DNA of 64,000 nucleotides from a virus (taxonomy: Duplodnaviria; Heunggongvirae; Uroviricota; Caudoviricetes), in IMG/VR virus record IMGVR_UViG_2778260992_000001; one strand, written 5' to 3'. A program made the translations under genes and the position numbers. The stretch's first letter is position 1. Each line of letters opens with the position of its first letter. Under the pieces are notes generated by a model. That model ran no database searches. It was given only the letters and a program-made list of their open reading frames with translations, and was not told where the DNA came from. This document shows positions 58,155 to 64,000 of this stretch, piece by piece.

Positions 58155-58174
58155 GATTAAGCTCCTTAAAAAAA

Positions 58175-58378
58175 TTAAATAGAATTTTGAAGTTTTCCAA
58201 TTAATGCGCTTAAACGTAAGTATTCACGTTTGCGCTTGCAATCTCGCTTGCTGTTAAGCAAATCAGAAAACGTAAAATTTAATTGGTCGCGTTGCGCGAT
58301 TAAATCATCGATTAATTCTAGTTTATAAGCGCGATACTTTGCGCGATATTCCGCGCGGATCTTGTCATAGCTGACCAT
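58175..58378 (-). CDS. hypothetical small basic coiled-coil protein (cassette gene 2)
   Basis: 67 aa from MVSYDK with AAGGAG RBS; Lys/Arg-rich; track extension runs into the hairpin and is rejected. Confidence 0.4.
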   Translation of the reverse strand: MVSYDKIRAEYRAKYRAYKLELIDDLIAQRDQLNFTFSDLLNSKRDCKRKREYLRLSALIGKLQNSI

Positions 58379-58426
58379 TTTCAAAGCTCCTTTAAAGCGC
58401 CCATAGTGGGCGCTTGATTCCATTAA

Positions 58427-59077
58427 TTACGCTTTGAAAGCATCAGCTAAATAATTGTAGAAATCATTTTTAATGAAGCGATATTGCTGAGTACCAGCTT
58501 TCGCGCTCCCAGCTCCTTTGACTTTTTCAACAAGTCCAAGACGTTCGCAAAGATTGATCAACTGGTTGGCTTGAGTATAACCAGCGTCCAATTTAATTTC
58601 ACACGCTTTTTTAGCTTCATTCATTAAATCGAAAACAGCGCCATTAGTGAACGTGTCGATCTCGTCGTTAATCATATCGATTAAAGCGAATACACGAGAT
58701 CCAGACATATCAGCGATGGAATAAACGCATTTACCAGATTTAATTGATTTAACCAGATAAACCAGTTTTTCCAGAGAATAACTATTAGTCATTGCATCAC
58801 GGAAAAATACTTCTGGCGCTTGTTTGCTTGCTTTAATCGCATAGTAGAAAACAGAGCATAATTTTTCGTCTTCTACTGCGTTTACGACGTTGTTGATGAA
58901 GTAAGCAAGTTTAGTGGTCGCAGCTTGCATATTTGCTTTGTCTGCTTTAGTGTGCGTACCATTTTTATAATGTTCGTTATATGTTTGAGTTGCCAGATCT
59001 GCTTTTTCGCGCAGTTCATCGGATACAATGGAAGCAGCTTCAATGATGGATTTTTTAGAAATGATAATGTTAGCCAT
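58427..59077 (-). CDS. hypothetical protein (cassette gene 1), possible C-terminal winged-helix
   Basis: 216-aa ORF; sequence style (GCGCG-rich, AT-rich flanks) differs from neighbours. Confidence 0.5.
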   Translation of the reverse strand: MANIIISKKSIIEAASIVSDELREKADLATQTYNEHYKNGTHTKADKANMQAATTKLAYFINNVVNAVEDEKLCSVFYYAIKASKQAPEVFFRDAMTNSYSLEKLVYLVKSIKSGKCVYSIADMSGSRVFALIDMINDEIDTFTNGAVFDLMNEAKKACEIKLDAGYTQANQLINLCERLGLVEKVKGAGSAKAGTQQYRFIKNDFYNYLADAFKA

Positions 59078-59319
59078 GATAATTTTTCCTTATGTAAATT
59101 TAAAATTTATTGTCGTTAGCGTCTTCGCTTTCGACGAGTTCAATTATCGATATGCGAAAAAAGATTGCAAGTGTTTTTTTTAAATTTTTTGCAGGGATGA
59201 AAGTCCTAGAAATAAAAGCGAGATCGTCGAAGGTGTTCCCTAAATAAATAATCGATTGCGGCTTTAGACCTTATATATATTTAGGTTATTTGATTTGTAG
59301 ATATAAAGAAGTGATGTGA

Positions 59320-59350
59320 AAAATAATAACCGGACTTAGCCGGTTATTAA
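59320..59350 (-). terminator. terminator hairpin AATAACCGG-acttag-CCGGTTATT for minus-strand genes
   Basis: A-tract on + strand upstream gives a T-tract after the hairpin on the minus strand. Confidence 0.5.
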
Positions 59351-59360
59351 CCTTATAGAT

Positions 59361-59669
59361 TTATTGAACAGAATCTACAGCCTTACGATTGGTGTCAAAT
59401 AGCGCATCAACGAACTGTGCCGATGACTCGCTAGATTCGCAATCCAACATTGCCCGTTCTTCATTTGCCACTTTCTTACACAGTTCTACATTCTCACCTA
59501 TCGCTTTTCCTGCTTTTACGGCTGCCGAAAATTGATACATGCAAACTGATACATTCTGAGACGTTGAGCACACGTCATTCATCAGCGACTGAATGACAGG
59601 CTTATAGTCCATTGCATTTGCCGCAACTGAGCAAAGTAAAAATAATGGTGGTAACAATATCGATTTCAT
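59361..59669 (-). CDS. hypothetical secreted Cys-rich small protein
   Basis: Signal peptide MKSILLPPLFLLCSVAANA; four Cys in mature part. Confidence 0.5.
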   Translation of the reverse strand: MKSILLPPLFLLCSVAANAMDYKPVIQSLMNDVCSTSQNVSVCMYQFSAAVKAGKAIGENVELCKKVANEERAMLDCESSESSAQFVDALFDTNRKAVDSVQ

Positions 59670-59672
59670 AAC

Positions 59673-60197
59673 TCAAAAAGGCAAAATTCGTTCAACCCAA
59701 TCGAACAAAACAACTATTTTTCTACCGTTCTCGACACGTAGTGTAACCTGACAAGCATCTGCGCCTGCTGACACCCCCTCAATTTCACGGCCATCCGCCA
59801 TGTACACCCTTATAGATTTGTTTGCTTTGTAGGCTTGGTTGCAAATTGCAAAAAAATCGCGGCGTGATGGCCGATTATCGACATAATCAGGGTGAACTGT
59901 TAGTCGACCTTTGAAATCGTGAGCGATACTGTCAACCACACCTGATTCAATTGTACTAATGCGTTCAAGTGGGAGCCTTATACGATTTTCTTTGTCAAAA
60001 GGGGCTGGGCAAAGGTCAACTTTGTTACGAGATGGCATGAGGCCATAAACGTACATGCAAAACGCCTGGCCATCTTCGAGAGTGACCCTTACAGGAATTT
60101 GTTCTCTGCGCCAGAACATCAGTAGTTTTTCAACGTTAGTGTAATCTCGCGGCCAGAGTTCAGCTTGGATACCGTAGGTAATATCTTTGGTTGTCAT
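59673..60197 (-). CDS. hypothetical protein (weak tandem Rof/YaeO-like resemblance)
   Basis: Start set at MTTKDITYG to avoid overlap with upstream lipoprotein gene; resemblance is weak. Confidence 0.4.
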   Translation of the reverse strand: MTTKDITYGIQAELWPRDYTNVEKLLMFWRREQIPVRVTLEDGQAFCMYVYGLMPSRNKVDLCPAPFDKENRIRLPLERISTIESGVVDSIAHDFKGRLTVHPDYVDNRPSRRDFFAICNQAYKANKSIRVYMADGREIEGVSAGADACQVTLRVENGRKIVVLFDWVERILPF

Positions 60198-60201
60198 GTC
60201 A

Positions 60202-60666
60202 TCACAGAGTTGTTGGCAGAATGTCGATGTCACCAGAATTGCTGGTGAACACCCTGAACGCTTTTGTGTCTCCATTCTTCAGAGTCGTTTCTCGCTCTTG
60301 ACGAGCGGGGTTTAGAGCACATAAACCTGCACCTTCAAGAGATGCACCCACAATTAATTCTCCGGCATTTAAATGAAAAGTCGCTTTTTCGCCTGTAGCC
60401 AGTTTTGCGACAGTTTCGCCATTGATGAAAATGGAAGCATCACATCCAGCTCCTACAAAACCTGTGTCTCTCATTACCACCAACGTAGCTGGCGCTGCGC
60501 TTTGATACTTGAACACTTTGGCCTGCGGTGCTGGTTTGGCGTCATGGATTGATATTGGACGTGATTGGCACGCGGTAAGCATCAACACTGGTAACGTTAG
60601 TAGAGGGAGAAGCGAGTATTTCATGTTAGTTTTAGAACAGAAAGTGAACAGTATGGGAGACTTCAT
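60202..60666 (-). CDS. lipoprotein (DUF2846-like by pattern)
   Basis: Lipobox LTAC after hydrophobic signal; start may instead be the internal MKYSLL. Confidence 0.5.
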   Translation of the reverse strand: MKSPILFTFCSKTNMKYSLLPLLTLPVLMLTACQSRPISIHDAKPAPQAKVFKYQSAAPATLVVMRDTGFVGAGCDASIFINGETVAKLATGEKATFHLNAGELIVGASLEGAGLCALNPARQERETTLKNGDTKAFRVFTSNSGDIDILPTTL

Positions 60667-60692
60667 CTTTGTCTCCCTAATTGATAGCGTGA

Positions 60693-60971
60693 TTATTTTA
60701 ATCTGCTTAATAGCGTTTCAAGATCTTCCTTTGTCATATTAGAGTTCTCATAGATACGCATGATTTTCTCACGAGTCTTAGCGGAAGCCCCGACAGAAGA
60801 TATAACCTTGTCAAAGTCGGCCATTGTCAATTGTTCCAGAATGGTATTTATGACTTCAGCCTTAGACATTTTGATATTTTTTTCTTTTAGTTTCACTTGA
60901 AACTTTCCAAGTTTGTCATTGGCCTTATCAGACAATGCTACCTGACAGTAAGTTGTTTTCTTTTCACTCAT
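60693..60971 (-). CDS. hypothetical protein
   Basis: 92-aa ORF, Lys/Glu-rich. Confidence 0.4.
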   Translation of the reverse strand: MSEKKTTYCQVALSDKANDKLGKFQVKLKEKNIKMSKAEVINTILEQLTMADFDKVISSVGASAKTREKIMRIYENSNMTKEDLETLLSRLK

Positions 60972-60973
60972 AA

Positions 60974-62533
60974 CTAATCTCGTTTCAGAACTCCAAAATC
61001 GAATGCTCCATCAATAGGCAATACACCTTCTGCAAAGCCAGGTGTGGTGTCGATGATGTGTTTTCGCTCATAAGAGTGAGACAACAGGTATTTGTTGCTA
61101 ATGTCAATGAAATCAGTGATAAAACACACGTTTGCCTGATTTTTTTTGGCTCGTAAGCCACGACCGACACGCTGTCTCATTTCAACTTCTGCTTTCCCAC
61201 CACCAGCAAGAATGACCGCACCAACGCTTGGCACATCAACACCAACATCCAGAATAGTCGAGCCTATTAAAACATCTATTTCACCAGACGCTAAACTATT
61301 CAGCTTTGCTTGCCTTGTCGTCTGGTTAGATTCCCCATAGATGAAATCAACTTTAAGACCTGACTCCTTCATCATCTCCATCAGGATTTGCCCGTGGCGT
61401 TTAAGACGAACCAGAGTCATGCAGTTGAGTGAATGTTGCTTATAAAGCAATGCCTCGCGCACTATGGCCTCGTTACGTCCCAAATTATACACGATCCCCA
61501 ACTGATAAGCCTTTTGGTAGGCGGTGCTCATACCAACTCTAAAATTAAGGTGTTTGTTGGCAAGTTCCGCCTTGATTCTGACCTCGTCTGGCTTGTAAGC
61601 AACTTTATGATAAAGGAAGTACGGTTTTGCCAGAATGCCTCGATCAATCAGGTACTTTTCTGTGACTTTAATTTCAATTCGACCGGCCACAGCCATCAGA
61701 CGCATGTTGGCTTCTGTAGAATCCTTCATGAACGGCGTGGCCGTAAGCGCCAGACGATAGTCTGCGTTCACACATAATCTGGCAATGTCATAGAAATTAG
61801 AGCCTGAAGACTCATGCGCTTCTTCCAGAATAAGCAGAGACACACTTGAAAGGAAGCGTTTCACTAGCTCCCGACGTTTGAGGTGGTAGCTCTTTTTATC
61901 TGGTGTTGCATCGCGTGGTGGTTCTTCAAGGAAACTTGCCAGAGTTTGAACTGTAGCGACGTTGATATGTCGTGATACCTGGAACTCACCCGAGCCAATG
62001 ACTCCAACCTTTTGGTCTTTTAACCACGGTTCGCCATTTTCGGCGCGGTAGTCGATGGATCTCTGGAAGTTTTCGGCCATTTGAAACATCAGAACAGAGC
62101 GGGTTGTTAAAAATAATGTCATTCGACCGATACGTGCAGCTGCTTTGCAGGCAACGTTAGATTTCCCGCCACCAGTAGCGATCTGCGCAATCATCATTCC
62201 CTCTCGAACCAGTGTTTCCACAGTCTGATCCTGATATGCATAATCAGGATTGTATGGGAATGGGTTAACCGCCGGATTTGGTTTACCAAGCGCCGGGGCT
62301 TTGTCTTTGCGGATATGAACACATTTGATGCCCGCCTTGTTCAAGTTCGCCGCTACAGGCTTGGCAAAGCCAGCAGGGAACGAGTTTTTACTCCAGTTGA
62401 ACATCGTGCTTGTGCCCTTCCAGTCGCCAGTCTCGACTTCGTAGCTCAACATTTGCTGCACCAGTTGCTTTACCTTGTCATCTGCGCCAGAAATAAGCGC
62501 ATTTACTGCGTTAGATACAATCCGAACAGTCAT
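60974..62533 (-). CDS. superfamily-2 DNA helicase (DEAD/DEAH-like, type III restriction res-subunit-like core)
   Basis: Walker A ATGGGKS; motif II LILEEAHE; C-terminal helicase motifs. Confidence 0.7.
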   Translation of the reverse strand: MTVRIVSNAVNALISGADDKVKQLVQQMLSYEVETGDWKGTSTMFNWSKNSFPAGFAKPVAANLNKAGIKCVHIRKDKAPALGKPNPAVNPFPYNPDYAYQDQTVETLVREGMMIAQIATGGGKSNVACKAAARIGRMTLFLTTRSVLMFQMAENFQRSIDYRAENGEPWLKDQKVGVIGSGEFQVSRHINVATVQTLASFLEEPPRDATPDKKSYHLKRRELVKRFLSSVSLLILEEAHESSGSNFYDIARLCVNADYRLALTATPFMKDSTEANMRLMAVAGRIEIKVTEKYLIDRGILAKPYFLYHKVAYKPDEVRIKAELANKHLNFRVGMSTAYQKAYQLGIVYNLGRNEAIVREALLYKQHSLNCMTLVRLKRHGQILMEMMKESGLKVDFIYGESNQTTRQAKLNSLASGEIDVLIGSTILDVGVDVPSVGAVILAGGGKAEVEMRQRVGRGLRAKKNQANVCFITDFIDISNKYLLSHSYERKHIIDTTPGFAEGVLPIDGAFDFGVLKRD

Positions 62534-62575
62534 AAACCTCTTTCCTTAGTGCCTTTTGTATGTTATTTGGCTATT

Positions 62576-62601
62576 ATAATAAGTAAGTGATTACTTAGTG
62601 G
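62576..62601. promoter_or_regulatory. class-2 palindrome ATAATAAGTAAGTGATTACTTAGTGG in divergent promoter region
   Basis: Between helicase start (minus) and ParB-like start (plus). Confidence 0.45.
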
Positions 62602-63296
62602 ATTGTAGCAATAAAATGGATGTAAAAATCACGATTTTGCAGGTTGATGTTGCCAACCTTCGCCCGAATACCTGGAACACCAATTCGGTTGGTGCGCAGA
62701 ATTTTGAAAAACTGAAAGGTTCTATCGAAAAATTGGGCTTTTTTAAGCCAATTTTGGCTCGTGAACTTGAAGATGGATTTTTTGAAATCCTCGGCGGTGA
62801 ACATCGCTGGCGTGCTGCTATTGAGCAAGGAATTTCAACGGTTCCGGTGCTTTCTGTGGGCAAAATTAGCGATGTCGTAGCTAAACAGATGTCACTGGTG
62901 GACAACGAGCGATACGGTGAAGACGACCAAATCGCATTGCAACGCTTCATTGAAGAAATTCAGTCAGAACTTGACTATCAACTGTTTGAAATCGCTCCGT
63001 ATGACGACGAAATCTCGATGGTTTTAGCAAAAGAGGCGGCAATCGACCTTGAAGCACTGGAGGCGTTGTCTCGTGGTAGTGATGAGCCTGTCGATACCGA
63101 CAAACGAGAGAAAACCGAACGTGTGGGTGCGGAACATCAGACCATGCGCTTCAAAGTAACTTTCGATGCGTCAGATCGTGTTGCAGAAACCATAAAAAAC
63201 ATCATCAAAGAGCAGGCTATTAACACCGGTAATGAAATGGAGAACGCTGGTGAGGCTCTGGTGTGGCTGGTCGACTACTACAAGGAGCGTATGTAA
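62598..63296 (+). CDS. ParB-like nuclease-domain protein 1
   Basis: ParB/Srx-fold N-terminal motifs including GGEHRWRAA. Confidence 0.6.
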   Translation: MDCSNKMDVKITILQVDVANLRPNTWNTNSVGAQNFEKLKGSIEKLGFFKPILARELEDGFFEILGGEHRWRAAIEQGISTVPVLSVGKISDVVAKQMSLVDNERYGEDDQIALQRFIEEIQSELDYQLFEIAPYDDEISMVLAKEAAIDLEALEALSRGSDEPVDTDKREKTERVGAEHQTMRFKVTFDASDRVAETIKNIIKEQAINTGNEMENAGEALVWLVDYYKERM

Positions 63297-63964
63297 TGAC
63301 CAAAAAGTTTGAAATCGTATATCGCGACCCGGCAGATCTTATTCCCTATGAGATGAATGCCAAAAAGCATGATGAACAGCAGATCAGAGATCTGGCCGCA
63401 GCCATTAAAAAGCGCGGATTTGACCAGCCAATTACGGTCGATAAGAACGACGTAATTATTACTGGCCACGGCCGCCGTGAGGCTGCAATTTTTGCTGGAC
63501 TTGAGCGCGTACCGGTTATTGTTCGCGATGATCTCAGTGATGACGAGGTTCGTGCGAAGCGCCTTGAAGATAACCGACTTGCCAGCATTGATTACGATGC
63601 AATTAAGCTACAGAAAGAGCTTGAGTCGCTTGTTCTGGACGATATCGAGGTTTTCGGCTTTGAAGAGCGTGAGTTGAATGTTCTCGTTGGCAGTATGACA
63701 GAAGAAATGGACACCGACTCGCTAGTTATCGATCTTGGCGAAGAAACTAAACGACAGAAGGATGAACACACCGAGATCAGTCGTGAAGTTGCAGCGGAAG
63801 AAGTACGTGTTGTCGACGTATTGGGCTTTAAAACGCTCCCTGCTGGCTCTGCCATTGTTGTTGGTGATTTGCTTGCCCATATGGAAGAAATGACGGGAGA
63901 AAGCGGGGTAGACGCATTTGTGGCATATGCGGAGAAGATCTCTTCCGGGGAGATGGCTGCATGA
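63296..63964 (+). CDS. ParB-like nuclease-domain protein 2
   Basis: GHGRREAA ParB/Srx motif; ATG overlaps upstream stop with AAGGAG RBS. Confidence 0.6.
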   Translation: MTKKFEIVYRDPADLIPYEMNAKKHDEQQIRDLAAAIKKRGFDQPITVDKNDVIITGHGRREAAIFAGLERVPVIVRDDLSDDEVRAKRLEDNRLASIDYDAIKLQKELESLVLDDIEVFGFEERELNVLVGSMTEEMDTDSLVIDLGEETKRQKDEHTEISREVAAEEVRVVDVLGFKTLPAGSAIVVGDLLAHMEEMTGESGVDAFVAYAEKISSGEMAA

Positions 63965-64000
63965 GCAAATACATCATCAACGTATCGTTTCAGACACGCG

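Larger units (their letters stand above)
1..64000. mobile_element. segment of a phage-plasmid: P1-type replicon plus T4-like replication and nucleotide-metabolism module (SSU5/pHCM2-like by gene content)
   Basis: P1 RepA-like initiator with iterons; phage-type DNA metabolism genes throughout; shared intergenic palindromes on both sides of the host-like segment; no structural genes in window. Confidence 0.55.

Overview
This 64-kb window reads as the replication, nucleotide-metabolism and accessory arm of a large enterobacterial phage-plasmid. A P1-type plasmid replicon (repA between two iteron arrays, with a GATC-rich origin and a DnaA-box-like site) sits among T4-like DNA-metabolism genes: DnaE-type polymerase, DnaQ-like exonuclease, gp32-like SSB, RecA/UvsX-like recombinase, flap endonuclease, SbcCD-like nuclease, RuvC-like resolvase, RNase H, NrdAB, thymidylate synthase, DHFR, glutaredoxin and a Dam-type methyltransferase. 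It also carries a CobS/CobT-like AAA+/vWA pair, an HD-domain (p)ppGpp hydrolase, a TerB-like protein, an SPFH lipoprotein and a tyrosine recombinase. The gene content recalls SSU5/pHCM2-type phage-plasmids; that is recollection, not a search result. No virion genes, rRNA, tRNA or CRISPR array were seen by eye. The most unusual items are a host-like mrp-metG pair embedded in element DNA, a 0.8-kb A+C-rich tract, two conserved palindrome families, GRAAACGGC repeat clusters, AT-rich cargo ORFs and an array of small acidic genes. CDS ends come from the ORF track and several starts were moved to an internal start codon with a better RBS; motif coordinates are hand-indexed and approximate. All functions are inferred from motifs and remembered family signatures, not from database searches.
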